A DNA stretch of 64,000 bases from Polyangiaceae bacterium (GTDB lineage Bacteria; Myxococcota_A; Polyangia; Polyangiales; Polyangiaceae), in NCBI GenBank assembly GCA_044222475.1, contig JBGANF010000016.1, forward strand, positions 1 to 64,000. Direction: 5' to 3'. The translations under genes were made by a program, and so were the position numbers. This document shows positions 41,157 to 51,213 of the stretch, piece after piece (the stretch's first letter is position 1; each line of letters begins with the position of its first letter). The notes beneath the pieces were generated by a model, which was not told the DNA's origin, did no database searches, and saw only the letters and a program-made list of their open reading frames with translations.

Positions 41157-42364
41157 AACGTGTACTCTACACTCGCTGCGCGCACCGCGCCGTTGGGCGC
41201 GTACATGAGGAGATCGGTCCCGGTGGTCGTCGTGCGGAACTGCAGCCGGTACACGAGCGACGTGACCTCCTTCGGTGCCTCGCCCGCCTTCGCCGACACG
41301 GCGAGCACTCGGGCGCCGGTTCCGCTCACGTCGTTCCAGGCGATCGCCGCGGTCTCGCCGAGGCGGGTCGCGACCAAGCCTGCGCGCGCGAGCGGCCACG
41401 GACCGATGCCGCTCGTTCCTCCGAGGGGCGTCGCCCAGGTGCCGTGACGCTGGACCGTCGGCGCGGTCTTCCCGTCGGCGATGGCGATCCGGATCTCGGC
41501 GCGCACCGCGCGGGACGGCGGAGCCGAAGGCGAGCCGGGATCCACCGGACCGTCCGGCACGAGCGGCCGCCACACGACGGCGACGCGATCGACGAGGCCG
41601 ACGAGCTGGAGCTCGGTCCCGGTGCGGCCCGCGAGCTCCATCGCTGCCGCGTCCATCGGTGCCGTGTCGGCGGCGATCGGTACGGAGAACGAGGCCGCGC
41701 TGGCGTCGAAGAAGGATAGTAGGACCGTGAGCCCGGTCGGCCCGGGGTCGACCCACGCGAGCGCGAGTCGATCGTCGTCGAGCGCGGCGACGGCGATGTC
41801 GCCCGCGGCGATGCGCGGCCGCGGTCCGACTGGGTTGGGGAACACCTGCCCGCTGGTGCCGCGAATCCGGAGCAGTCCCATCGTCGTGGGGGCCACCGGC
41901 CGATCACTCAGGGCGATCCAGATGTCAGCGTTTCGCGCGCGCGTCCCCTCGAACGCCCCTAGGTTGGCGGCCTGCGCCGCGACCGGGTGGCTCGTCGGCT
42001 CGTTGCGCTGCGCGACGCGGATCCCGTCCGAGCCGTAGCCCACGAACGTCTCCCCGAAGCTGCGCCAGAATCGGTACATCCCCTGGGGAAGCGGGTTCTT
42101 GGTGGTCGGCTCGAGCGGGTCGTAGAACGCGTTCGCCGAAACGGTGAACGGGTCGCGCGTGCCGGGGTGAAAAAACTGCGCCGCGACGCCCCTGAGCTCG
42201 TCGGGAACCGCCAGATCCTTCGGGGGACCGACGCGCAGGGAGAGGACGGCACCGTCGGGCACGATGTCCCGGGTGGGCGCGAGCACCTTCGGCTCCTTGT
42301 TGCCGCAGTCGGCCCCCACGAACGAGACGAGGACGGCGCACAGGAGGAGGTTCGCGACGCGCAT
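41153..42364 (-). CDS. Hypothetical lipoprotein
   Basis: Hydrophobic N-terminus with GADC; beta-rich. Confidence 0.6.
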   Translation of the reverse strand: MRVANLLLCAVLVSFVGADCGNKEPKVLAPTRDIVPDGAVLSLRVGPPKDLAVPDELRGVAAQFFHPGTRDPFTVSANAFYDPLEPTTKNPLPQGMYRFWRSFGETFVGYGSDGIRVAQRNEPTSHPVAAQAANLGAFEGTRARNADIWIALSDRPVAPTTMGLLRIRGTSGQVFPNPVGPRPRIAAGDIAVAALDDDRLALAWVDPGPTGLTVLLSFFDASAASFSVPIAADTAPMDAAAMELAGRTGTELQLVGLVDRVAVVWRPLVPDGPVDPGSPSAPPSRAVRAEIRIAIADGKTAPTVQRHGTWATPLGGTSGIGPWPLARAGLVATRLGETAAIAWNDVSGTGARVLAVSAKAGEAPKEVTSLVYRLQFRTTTTGTDLLMYAPNGAVRAASVEYTF

Positions 42365-42435
42365 GGGCAACCAGGAGATCTATCGCCCCACAGGGCATTC
42401 GCACGAACGAAAAATGATGGTAGGTTCCACCCGTC

Positions 42436-42606
42436 ATGGCGAAAGCTGAAGCGAAGAAGACGACCGAAGCGGTTCCGGTGGAGTCGGGTTGGGGAGCGAT
42501 GAAGCTCACCCTCCTGGGCGTCGTCACCCTCGGTGTCGCGCTCTTCATCATCATCAGCATGGGCTCGCGTCTCGGCGGGTGCATGTACCTCGACGGCTCG
42601 CACTGA
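42436..42606 (+). CDS. Small single-TM protein (56 aa; not in the ORF track)
   Basis: MAKAEAKKTTEAVPVESGWGAMKLTLLGVVTLGVALFIIISMGSRLGGCMYLDGSH; GC-rich third codon positions. Confidence 0.6.
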   Translation: MAKAEAKKTTEAVPVESGWGAMKLTLLGVVTLGVALFIIISMGSRLGGCMYLDGSH

Positions 42607-42608
42607 CG

Positions 42609-43838
42609 GTGCGTCGAGTGAGCGCGCGCTCGTGGGGTGTGCTCGCGTGCGCGTCGGTCGCTCTCGTCGCGTTCGCGTTCCAGCCGTCGTGCTCCGACTC
42701 GGGTACGTCTTCCACCGACGCCGGCACTGACGCGCCGATCGTCCAGGCCTGCGCCGTCCTACCAGGACCGGTCGTCGAGACGGTCGGCTCGCTCTCGGTC
42801 GGGCGTCACGCTCCGTCGGTCGCTGCGGTCTCGCCCGGCAAGATCCTGGTCGCCGGTGGGGACGACTTCACCAAAGGCCTCGCGTCGTCGGCCGAGCTGG
42901 TCGAGCCGATGTCGAGCAAGTTCACCACTACCGGCGGTCTCGAGGTCGCGCGCAAGTGGTCGGCCGTCGCCCTCGTCGACCCGACGCACGTGATGGTGTC
43001 CGGCGGCAACGCCGGGGCATCCGGCGCCGTCGCCGTCACCGAGATCTACGACGTCGCCGCCGCGAAGTTCGCCCGCACCGGAAACATGGGTGAAGCGCGC
43101 GAAGCGCACACCCTCACGGCCCTGAAGGACGGTCGCCTCGTCGCGGTCGGTGGCTTCAAAGACACCACCTACTCGGCAACCGCCGAGGCGTTCGACTCGA
43201 AGGCCGGGACGTTCGCCCCGATCACGTCGAAGATGAGCACGCCGCGGGCGTACCACGTCGCCGGGGTCGCCGATTCGGGCACCACCGCGTTCTTCGCCGG
43301 CGGCGCGACGGCGGCCGACAAGGAGACTGCGACCATCGAGATCTTCGACGTCGCCAAGAGCACCTTCTCCGTCGGACCGACCACGCTCCTCCATCCCGCC
43401 CGCGCGCTGGCGACGGCGCGCCTCCCGAACGGCAGCTGGTTGATCACCGGCGGTTCGAACGTCACCGACAAGACTCTCTCCGACGCCCAGACGTACGAGC
43501 CCAACAGCGGCAACGTCACCAAGGTGTCCCCGATGGGGACGCGTCGCAGCGGTCACACGCTGACCGTCCTCGCGGACGGTCGCATCCTCGCCATCGGCGG
43601 CTACAGCGACGGAACGACCCCGGCAAAGGCGACCAACGTCATGGAGGTGTTCGATCCCTCCACCGGCACGTGGGAGCAGCTCCCGGTCGGTCTGGCGTCG
43701 CCTCGGCTCGATCATGCCGCCGTGCTCCTCCCGGACTGCCGCGTGGCGGTCATCGGCGGCGAGTACGCCGAAGAAGGAAAGTCCCCGTTCGCGACCTACG
43801 ACGTCGAGCTCGTGACGGTCCCCTTCATCAAGCGCTGA
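42609..43838 (+). CDS. Kelch-repeat beta-propeller lipoprotein
   Basis: Repeated R..H....L.DGR.L..GG; start uncertain (GTG 42609 or 42618). Confidence 0.85.
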   Translation: MRRVSARSWGVLACASVALVAFAFQPSCSDSGTSSTDAGTDAPIVQACAVLPGPVVETVGSLSVGRHAPSVAAVSPGKILVAGGDDFTKGLASSAELVEPMSSKFTTTGGLEVARKWSAVALVDPTHVMVSGGNAGASGAVAVTEIYDVAAAKFARTGNMGEAREAHTLTALKDGRLVAVGGFKDTTYSATAEAFDSKAGTFAPITSKMSTPRAYHVAGVADSGTTAFFAGGATAADKETATIEIFDVAKSTFSVGPTTLLHPARALATARLPNGSWLITGGSNVTDKTLSDAQTYEPNSGNVTKVSPMGTRRSGHTLTVLADGRILAIGGYSDGTTPAKATNVMEVFDPSTGTWEQLPVGLASPRLDHAAVLLPDCRVAVIGGEYAEEGKSPFATYDVELVTVPFIKR

Positions 43839-43884
43839 TCGCCGAAAACGTGACGGTTCAGCGTTCATCAGCAACAATTTCGGT

Positions 43885-44643
43885 GTGATCGACGTCGCAC
43901 GCCCTCTCGCCCAGCGCCTCCTCGCGCTGATGGACCAGAAACACCACTGGGCCTATCCGTCTCTGACCCGGCCCGGGCTCAGGCGGAGCCAGCTCCTCGA
44001 GCATTTCCGCCACGAGTACCTCGTCTACGTGCGGGACTTCCCGATCCTGCTCGCGCGCACGCTCGGCATCGCTCCGCCGATCGCCGAGGTGAGGCGCGCG
44101 CTCGCCGAGAACCTGTACGAAGAACAGACCGGCGGGCTCTCGAAGTCGGGGCCGCACCCCGAGCTCTTCCTCCAGATGATGGAGGGGCTGGGCTTCGTTC
44201 GCGCCGACTTCGACGAAGCGCACGCGGCGTCTCTGCATCCCGCGGCGACGGCGTATCGAGACCTGCTCCGCGACGTCAGCGCGAGGCCGCCGTGGCAATC
44301 CGCCGCCGCGCTCCTCACGATCTTCGTCGAGGGCAGCGTCAACGAGCGCGCCGAGCTCGAGGGACGGTTCGTCCGCCCGCGCGGCGAGGACGCGGTGAAG
44401 AACCACGCGCTCGTGCGCCACTACGGGTGTCCGCCGTCGGCGATGCGGCTCACGCGCGCCCACGGCGACGTCGAGGGGAGCCACCGCGGAGACGCGTGGC
44501 ACATGGTCCTCGGCAACGTCCCGGACGACGGCGAGCTCGCGCAGCACGTGGTCTCGACGTGCGAGAACGCTCTCGCCGCGTGGCACCGCTACCGCGACGG
44601 CGTCGCCGAGCGCATGCAGCTCCTCCGCGACGCCGCGGAGTAG
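43885..44643 (+). CDS. Heme-oxygenase-like diiron protein (PqqC/TenA/CADD superfamily)
   Basis: ENLYEEQTG...HPELF, IFVEG, HGDVEGSH. Confidence 0.8.
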   Translation: MIDVARPLAQRLLALMDQKHHWAYPSLTRPGLRRSQLLEHFRHEYLVYVRDFPILLARTLGIAPPIAEVRRALAENLYEEQTGGLSKSGPHPELFLQMMEGLGFVRADFDEAHAASLHPAATAYRDLLRDVSARPPWQSAAALLTIFVEGSVNERAELEGRFVRPRGEDAVKNHALVRHYGCPPSAMRLTRAHGDVEGSHRGDAWHMVLGNVPDDGELAQHVVSTCENALAAWHRYRDGVAERMQLLRDAAE

Positions 44644-44647
44644 CGCC

Positions 44648-45685
44648 TCACGGGAACGCGAGCACCGAGGCCTCGCCCCACTGCGCGATCTTCGCGTCGA
44701 TGCCGGCGAGCACCTCTCGCCGTCGCGCGTCGACGTCGGCGAGGACCTTCGGCGCGAGGAGCGGCTCGCCCGGACCATCCACGCCGATCGCGTCGGCGAG
44801 GGCGATTGGATCGAGCGCGCGCAAGCGACCCACGAACGCGCGCGAGAACTTGTCGGTCTTCTTGAAGAGCGCCTGCTGGGCGGCCAGCGGCTGCGGCGGC
44901 GCCGGATCGAAGAACGCCCCGTCGTTGTCGATGAACAGGAGGACGTTCGCCGCCCGGTCGAGGCCGACGTTGCCGCCGCTCCACCGATCCCAGTTCCCGG
45001 TGAGCAGGTCGAAGACGATCATCGTCGAGATCTGCCCGGCCAGCGCGACCTGGTCTTCGGGGATGGCGCCGTCCTTCGCGAGCCACGCGGTGAATCGCCC
45101 GCGCCACGACGCGCTCTCGAGCGGAAGGAACTCGAGCTTCGGGATCCACGGCATCATCGCGCCGCGCACCTCGTAGCCGACGGCCGCGGGGTGGGTGATG
45201 ACCTCGTCGTCATAGAGCTTGGCCGCGGCAGCGTCCTTCGCGAGGCTCCCTCGCAAGGTGCCGGCGTCGAACGAGCGCGCGATCGCGGGCGGCACGTTGG
45301 GCAGGTGGAGCGCGACGCCGAGTCGGTACGCCGCGACCTCTCCGCGCCAGCGCTTCTTCCCGCGCTTCGACTCGGGCTTGAAGGCGACGTCGAGCTCGCC
45401 CGTCCCCGCGCCCGCGGGGGAGACAAGGTGCAGCTTGAAGACGACCGACGTGTGACCGATGCTCTTGCCGGAGATCGGCGCCGCGCTGGAGTACGGAGCG
45501 GGATCGAACGCCGCCGGTGCGGAAGAGGCCGAAGGCGTCGGCCCGGCGTCGGCGAACGTGAAGGCGAAGAGCGACGACGCGCTCGTCGAGGGAGTCGGTG
45601 CGGCGTCGACGGTGGCCGTCGGTTTGTCCTTCGAGCACGCTGCGAGCACCGTGAGCATGGCGACCGCCGTGCGAAGCGTGCTCAT
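44648..45685 (-). CDS. Lipoprotein with atypical kinase domain (Fam20C/PI3-PI4K-like)
   Basis: Lipobox LAAC; AFKP, EVAAYRL, FDLLTGNWDR, FIDN. Confidence 0.7.
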   Translation of the reverse strand: MSTLRTAVAMLTVLAACSKDKPTATVDAAPTPSTSASSLFAFTFADAGPTPSASSAPAAFDPAPYSSAAPISGKSIGHTSVVFKLHLVSPAGAGTGELDVAFKPESKRGKKRWRGEVAAYRLGVALHLPNVPPAIARSFDAGTLRGSLAKDAAAAKLYDDEVITHPAAVGYEVRGAMMPWIPKLEFLPLESASWRGRFTAWLAKDGAIPEDQVALAGQISTMIVFDLLTGNWDRWSGGNVGLDRAANVLLFIDNDGAFFDPAPPQPLAAQQALFKKTDKFSRAFVGRLRALDPIALADAIGVDGPGEPLLAPKVLADVDARRREVLAGIDAKIAQWGEASVLAFP

Positions 45686-46686
45686 GCCGTGAGACCGCAC
45701 TTCCGGACGAAGTCGGCGATCTTCGCGTCGACGAGCTCGTGCTGCTCGAGCGGAGCGACGTGGCTCGCGCCGGCGACCACGAAGAGCTCGGAGCCGGGGA
45801 TCGACTTCGCCATCCACTCCGCGAGGAACGGCGGAGTGAACGTGTCACGCTCACCGGCGAGCACGAGCACCGGCACGTCGATGGAGGGGAGCAGATCTTC
45901 GGCGGTGTGCTCGCCCGCGGCGGTGAGCATCCGGAGGAAGAGCGGGAGATCCATCGATCGCATGTGCGTCACGTACGGGCGCATGTCGTCCATGCTGAAG
46001 TGGAGCGGGTCGAGATCGCCGGCCTTGAGGGCCAGCTTCAGCGCCATCTCGGACGGGATGCGCTCCCAGAAGGCGCGCACGAGGCCTTCGTTCTTGCGGA
46101 CCGCCTTCGCGACCTTCGGGAGGATCATGTCGAGGATGGGCACGCCTCGGAAGGTTCGCGTCACGCGGCCGTACGATCCGCAGAGGAGCACGAGCCCGCG
46201 GACGTTCTTCCGATGGTGCCGGAGCGCTTCGAGCGCCACCTGACAGCCCATCGAGTGACCGATGAGGACGCAGGGGGGATCCCCCATCTCTTCGCGCACC
46301 ACCTGCAGGTCGTCGGCGTGGGCCGGAACGTCGACGCGCTCGGGATCGACCGGGGCCGCGCTTCGACCATGGCCGCGGTAGTGGAAGTGCGTGACCGGGA
46401 CGACCTCGGACAGGTCGGGCCAGAGGTACTTCCAAATGAAACCGTCGCAGACGATTCCGTCGCACAGGAATGCCCGACCGTTCAGCGCGGCCGCGGACGG
46501 GGAGCTGCGGGAACGGTGGAAGAGCCGCGTGCCGTCACGGGCGCGGACGAATGCGTGCGTCTCACCCGGCGGAATGCTCCGGGAAGACGGTGGGGGAGTG
46601 TCGCTCCCACCCCGCCCCGAGGGCGGTGGCCGCGAGATCACGCCCGTGTCACTCGGTGTCGTCGTCGTCGCCGCCCTCGACGTCAT
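45682..46686 (-). CDS. Alpha/beta hydrolase
   Basis: YRGHGRS, GHSMG, GERD, SH. Confidence 0.9.
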   Translation of the reverse strand: MTSRAATTTTPSDTGVISRPPPSGRGGSDTPPPSSRSIPPGETHAFVRARDGTRLFHRSRSSPSAAALNGRAFLCDGIVCDGFIWKYLWPDLSEVVPVTHFHYRGHGRSAAPVDPERVDVPAHADDLQVVREEMGDPPCVLIGHSMGCQVALEALRHHRKNVRGLVLLCGSYGRVTRTFRGVPILDMILPKVAKAVRKNEGLVRAFWERIPSEMALKLALKAGDLDPLHFSMDDMRPYVTHMRSMDLPLFLRMLTAAGEHTAEDLLPSIDVPVLVLAGERDTFTPPFLAEWMAKSIPGSELFVVAGASHVAPLEQHELVDAKIADFVRKCGLTA

Positions 46687-46855
46687 TGACGCTCGGGAGC
46701 TTCTTGATCTCGAGGCGGGAAATCTTCCACGCCCGCTGAACGACCCACGAGAGGGAGCGGTCGAGGCGCGCCGCCTCTTCCTTGATCTCCTGGAGCATGG
46801 ACTCCGGGAAATAGAGACTCTGCTTACGCTTGTCGGTCTTGGAATCCTGGTTCAT
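46649..46855 (-). CDS. Myxobacterial small protein (TIGR04563-like, RHH-like)
   Basis: DKRKQSLYFPESML.EI..EA.RLDRSLSWVVQ.AW. Confidence 0.8.
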   Translation of the reverse strand: MNQDSKTDKRKQSLYFPESMLQEIKEEAARLDRSLSWVVQRAWKISRLEIKKLPSVNDVEGGDDDDTE

Positions 46856-47124
46856 TTTCGTCTTCGCTCTCCGGCGAGAGAATTGACTACAAGGTCAGGT
46901 TACCAGCGATGTTTCGAGCCTGACTACGACAATCGCACCCAACCGCACTCCAAGTCGCGAAGGGTCGCGAAACGGCGGCCCGCGTGAGGAGGAGCTTGAC
47001 ATGGGTGGCCATGGTGATCTGGCCTCCCCCAACAGCGCCTTTTTCCGCCGTTCCATGGATGGAGGCACGGTTTGGCGTCGACGGCGCCGCGCAAAACCTG
47101 CAGAATGTGCCCTGGAGGTGGAAC

Positions 47125-49134
47125 GTGCGTCGAGCCTGGACGAAGCCCGTGGCGTTGCTTGGCGCGGCCGCGGCGCTCTTTGCCGCGACTGATGCCCACG
47201 CAGCGAGAACCCTCGCGGAGTACCGCTACTTCCGTACGCTGTCGATCGACCTGCAGGGGCGGATGCCGACCCGGGTCGAGGTCGCGGCGTTCGAGAAGGA
47301 TGGCTTCAGCGTCGACGAATGGATCGACGCCCGGCTGAAAGAGCCTGCCTACGCCGAGCGCGTGCGCCGCATCTACATGGACCTCATGCGGATGGAGATC
47401 GGGACGAACTTTCAGTTCGTCCAGAACCCCACCGTCCTCCGCCGCGTGAAGGTCAAGGATCCCAACGGCGTCGACACGTACGTCTATTACCGCAGCGGCC
47501 AGCGCCGCATGCGCCCCGAGACCGACGGCATCTTCTGCATGACCGTGGCGGAGACGGGCCTGACCGTACCCGCGAGCCAGACCGAGATCGGCACCGCGAT
47601 CCCGATCAACGCGACGGTGTGGAACCAGTACACGAAGACCGTCGCCGCTCCGTGGTGGCTGGGCACCGGGTCGGGTTTCACCCTCAGCGACACGATGGGC
47701 AAGAACCCCGACCTCAGCGCCGCGACGAACGTGCGCGTGTGCAACGAAGAGACGCTCGCCCCGCCGACGGCGCCGGTCACGATCAGCCCGTTCACCGCGG
47801 TCTGCGATCCGAAGGCGCCACCGTTCGGACGCGTCGCGTGTCCCCCGAAGGACAACTTCCTGCAGGGCAAGTACAAGGCGGCGTTCACCAAGGATCCCAA
47901 CACGCCGAAGATCATGGTGTCGTGCGACTCGAACACCGGCTTCGGCAGCTCGGCCGAGTGCGGGTGTGGCGCGAACCTGGAGCGCTGCATGCCCGGCGCG
48001 GGCGCGGGCTTCGACAACGCCGCGTTCAAGTTTCCGTCGCGCGTACCGATCGGATGGGACGCGCCGTTCGACGCAGTGGACCAGACCCAAGCGGGCTGGG
48101 CGCGCATGTTCTGGGGCCAGGAGTTCGTTCGCTTCTTCGACGACATCGTCTTGAACGACGTCGACTTCCGGCAGGTCCTCAAGGGCAAGCAGACGTTCGT
48201 CAACGGACCGCTCACCCAGTTCTATCGCGACGTCGCGCCTGGCCAGTGCTGCGGCAACGGCGTGTTCTACGGCTACACCGAGCCGGACCCGCTCGTCGAT
48301 CCGGCGAAGCTCCCGGCGAACACGCCGCGCGACGTGGACACGTGGATCAAGGTCGCCGATCGCGGACCCCACGCTTCGGGCTTCCTCACGATGCCGGTCT
48401 TCCTCACGAAATACGGGTCGCGTCGCGCTCGCGCCCACGTGCTGTGGAACGCGTTCGCGTGCAAGGACTTCATCGCCGGCAACCTCGCGCTCAAGCCGTC
48501 GACGGAGCCCGACCTCACCAAGCGTGACGGGTGCAACACCTGCCACGCGACGCTGGAGCCCATCTCCGCCTATTTCGCACGCGTTCAAGAGTCGAGCTGG
48601 GTCTATCTCCCGGCCGACAAGTTCCCGGCGCGAGCAACGAAGGCTTGGTTCGACAGCAACCCCGCGAACCCCTACACGGCCGACCTCAAGGGTCAGAGCT
48701 GCATCCGCAACTTCAAGGATCCGCTGGCGGACGGCGGCGCCCCTCCGGTCTCGCCGGGCGGGTGCTCGAGCTACTACGACCCTGCCTTCACCTTCCCGCA
48801 GACCGATCCCAAGGGAGTGGTCACCGGCGGATACGCGCTGCTCCGCGGCGCGTACGGGAGCGAAGCCAACGCCGACCTGGGTCCGGCTGGCTTCGCCGAC
48901 TATCTGACGAGCACCTCTCAGTTCGAGAGCTGCGTTGCGGAGAACGTCACCGCGGGCTTCCTCGGCCGCAACCTCACGTCGGAGGACGAGACGTTGAAGT
49001 CGACGCTCGCCGACGTCCTCGCGAAGAACAACTTCCAGATGCGCGCACTCGTTCGCGCTCTCGTGAAGTCCGACGCCTACAAGGCGGCGAACAACCTGAG
49101 CTCCACCAAGTGGCGCGAAGGAGGTGGGCTGTGA
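47125..49134 (+). CDS. Exported DUF1549/DUF1585-like protein with c-type heme motif
   Basis: Signal AHA; RTLSIDLQGRMPT; CNTCH..LEP; C-terminal FLGR...MRALVRALVKSDAY; GTG start 47125. Confidence 0.7.
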   Translation: MRRAWTKPVALLGAAAALFAATDAHAARTLAEYRYFRTLSIDLQGRMPTRVEVAAFEKDGFSVDEWIDARLKEPAYAERVRRIYMDLMRMEIGTNFQFVQNPTVLRRVKVKDPNGVDTYVYYRSGQRRMRPETDGIFCMTVAETGLTVPASQTEIGTAIPINATVWNQYTKTVAAPWWLGTGSGFTLSDTMGKNPDLSAATNVRVCNEETLAPPTAPVTISPFTAVCDPKAPPFGRVACPPKDNFLQGKYKAAFTKDPNTPKIMVSCDSNTGFGSSAECGCGANLERCMPGAGAGFDNAAFKFPSRVPIGWDAPFDAVDQTQAGWARMFWGQEFVRFFDDIVLNDVDFRQVLKGKQTFVNGPLTQFYRDVAPGQCCGNGVFYGYTEPDPLVDPAKLPANTPRDVDTWIKVADRGPHASGFLTMPVFLTKYGSRRARAHVLWNAFACKDFIAGNLALKPSTEPDLTKRDGCNTCHATLEPISAYFARVQESSWVYLPADKFPARATKAWFDSNPANPYTADLKGQSCIRNFKDPLADGGAPPVSPGGCSSYYDPAFTFPQTDPKGVVTGGYALLRGAYGSEANADLGPAGFADYLTSTSQFESCVAENVTAGFLGRNLTSEDETLKSTLADVLAKNNFQMRALVRALVKSDAYKAANNLSSTKWREGGGL

Positions 49135-49838
49135 ACCTCCGCGTCCTCGTCCTCGTCTCCCTCGGAGCCATCTCGGCTGGCGCGTTCGCCTGCAGCAAGG
49201 TCGACGAGCCGACCCCGGTCCCGCTCTCCTCGATCCCCGGCCACGACGGCCTCGTTCAAGACACGACGCTCAAGGAGGGGCCGCGCATGGTCCCCCCCGA
49301 GGCGTACATGCGGACCTACCTCCGACTGTTCGGCGGCCTCTCGCCGATCGCGGCGCAGACGGCGCTCCGCGGCACCGACGGCAGCGCCCTCTTCGACACC
49401 TGGAACGACTACCTCTCGTCGATGGGGTTGCCCGACTACCGCATCGACATGCCGCGCGGCACGCAGACGAACACGCTGATGCTCGCGACGTTCGAGCGCC
49501 TCGGCGTCGTCCTCTGCGATCGCGCGATCGAGAAGGACATGCAGGGCACGCCGCCCCCCGTTGGGCAGCGGCTCATCTTCGACTTCGACAAACCGACCGG
49601 CCCAGTCGACCTCGCGGCGTTCACGCCCCGGTTCGACGTCCTCCATCGTACCTTCTTGGGATACCCGGCGGCGCTCGGGCCGAAGAACCGCATCGCCGAC
49701 TACTTCAAGCTCTACACCGACACGGTCGCCGCGCACGCCGCGCCGGACGCCGCGAAGTTCCGGCTGAAGCCGGACGAAGCCGGCTGGGCAGTCATCTGCT
49801 ACGGCCTCATCCGCCACCCCGAGTTTCAACTCTACTAG
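49131..49838 (+). CDS. Hypothetical lipoprotein (C-terminal W..IC..LIRHPEF.LY)
   Basis: Lipobox AFAC; GTGA overlap with the upstream gene. Confidence 0.75.
   Translation: MNLRVLVLVSLGAISAGAFACSKVDEPTPVPLSSIPGHDGLVQDTTLKEGPRMVPPEAYMRTYLRLFGGLSPIAAQTALRGTDGSALFDTWNDYLSSMGLPDYRIDMPRGTQTNTLMLATFERLGVVLCDRAIEKDMQGTPPPVGQRLIFDFDKPTGPVDLAAFTPRFDVLHRTFLGYPAALGPKNRIADYFKLYTDTVAAHAAPDAAKFRLKPDEAGWAVICYGLIRHPEFQLY
49648..49662. repeat. Dispersed palindrome copy GTACCTTCTTGGGAT
   Basis: Variant; codons CGT ACC TTC TTG GGA TAC. Confidence 0.6.
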
Positions 49839-49854
49839 GAAGGAGCGAACGAAC

Positions 49855-51213
49855 ATGAGCAAGCTCGACCGTCGTACGTTCCTGAAGATCCTCGGTGCCG
49901 GCACCGCGGGCGCGTTTTCGACCAGCCCGCTGATGAACGCCTTCGCCGACCCGACCGCGTCGTCGAAGGACTGCTTCATCTTCATCCACCAGTCCGGCGG
50001 GTGGGACGTCACCTTGTGGGCCGACCCGCGCAACCGCCGGGTCGACATCATCGAGCCGGCCACCCTCGACACGATCACGAGCGCGGGGCTCACCGGCTGG
50101 GTGGACGATCCGTTCAACGACGGCTCGGGCGACGTCGGCTTCCAGATCCTCCAGAAGGGCAACCTCCGGCTCGGACCGGCGATGGGATCCCTCGCCGACA
50201 AGTACAACCGACTCACCATCGTCAACGGCATCGCGATGAACACCGTGAGCCACCCGGACGGAACCTACTTCTCGTCGACGGGGCGCCACCTCGCCGGTGG
50301 AAGGCCGGTGGGCACCAGCATCGACACGCTGATGGCGAACGAGTTCGGCCAGAAGAACATCCTTCCGGTCGTCTCGGTCGGCTTCCCGTCGACGTTCCTC
50401 GACCCGCAGCTCAACCGCGCGGTCATGCCGCTCCGCGTGAGCGACGTGACCGCAGTCGCGAAGTCCATCACCCGGTCGAACTCGTACACCTCGGACGACG
50501 ATCGGGACCGGGTGACTGCGCTCCTCGCGAACGAGGCCGCCGAGCTGGCCGCCGATGCGTACTATCCCGACTCTCCCAAGGGCATGGGCCTCCAGTTCAA
50601 CGCCCTCAAGGACATGCTCGATCCGAAGACGAAGAGCCTGTTCGACATCAACGCGCTCAAGCTCGCCCACCCGAAGTACAACTACCTCGGCAAGTTCCAG
50701 CGCGGCCCGGCGGTCAACGCCGCGTTCGCGGTCGAGGCGATCAAGCGCGGGATCGTGCGTTGCGTCTCGTTCCAGATGGGCAGCTGCGACACCCACAACG
50801 CGAACTACAAGGACCACCCGACGATCCTCCAGGAGACGTTCGAGGTGATCTCGACCCTGATCGACGAGCTCGACACGACGTCGTTCGACAACGGCGGCGG
50901 GCTCCTTGCCGACAACGTCCACATCCTGGTCGTCAGCGAGTTCTGCCGCACGCCGCAGATCAACCTGACGTTCGGTCGCGACCACTACCCGAACAACTCC
51001 GCCCTCATCATCTCGAAGAAGTTCAAGGGCAACACCGTCTTCGGCAAGGCCGACGACAAGCAGCTGCTCCCCGTCGACCAGGAGACGCCGAGCTTCGTCG
51101 AGAAGCGCGCGCCGACCCCGGCCGACGTACTGGCGACCTTCCTCGGCGCCTTTGGCATCGACCCGCGCAAGTACATGCGCGACGGCGAGGTCATCAAGGA
51201 GATCCTGGTGTGA
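49855..51213 (+). CDS. Tat-exported DUF1501 family protein
   Basis: DRRTFLK Tat motif, GGWD...DP, DTH, SEFCRTP, GRDH; SD GGAAGGAG. Confidence 0.88.
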   Translation: MSKLDRRTFLKILGAGTAGAFSTSPLMNAFADPTASSKDCFIFIHQSGGWDVTLWADPRNRRVDIIEPATLDTITSAGLTGWVDDPFNDGSGDVGFQILQKGNLRLGPAMGSLADKYNRLTIVNGIAMNTVSHPDGTYFSSTGRHLAGGRPVGTSIDTLMANEFGQKNILPVVSVGFPSTFLDPQLNRAVMPLRVSDVTAVAKSITRSNSYTSDDDRDRVTALLANEAAELAADAYYPDSPKGMGLQFNALKDMLDPKTKSLFDINALKLAHPKYNYLGKFQRGPAVNAAFAVEAIKRGIVRCVSFQMGSCDTHNANYKDHPTILQETFEVISTLIDELDTTSFDNGGGLLADNVHILVVSEFCRTPQINLTFGRDHYPNNSALIISKKFKGNTVFGKADDKQLLPVDQETPSFVEKRAPTPADVLATFLGAFGIDPRKYMRDGEVIKEILV

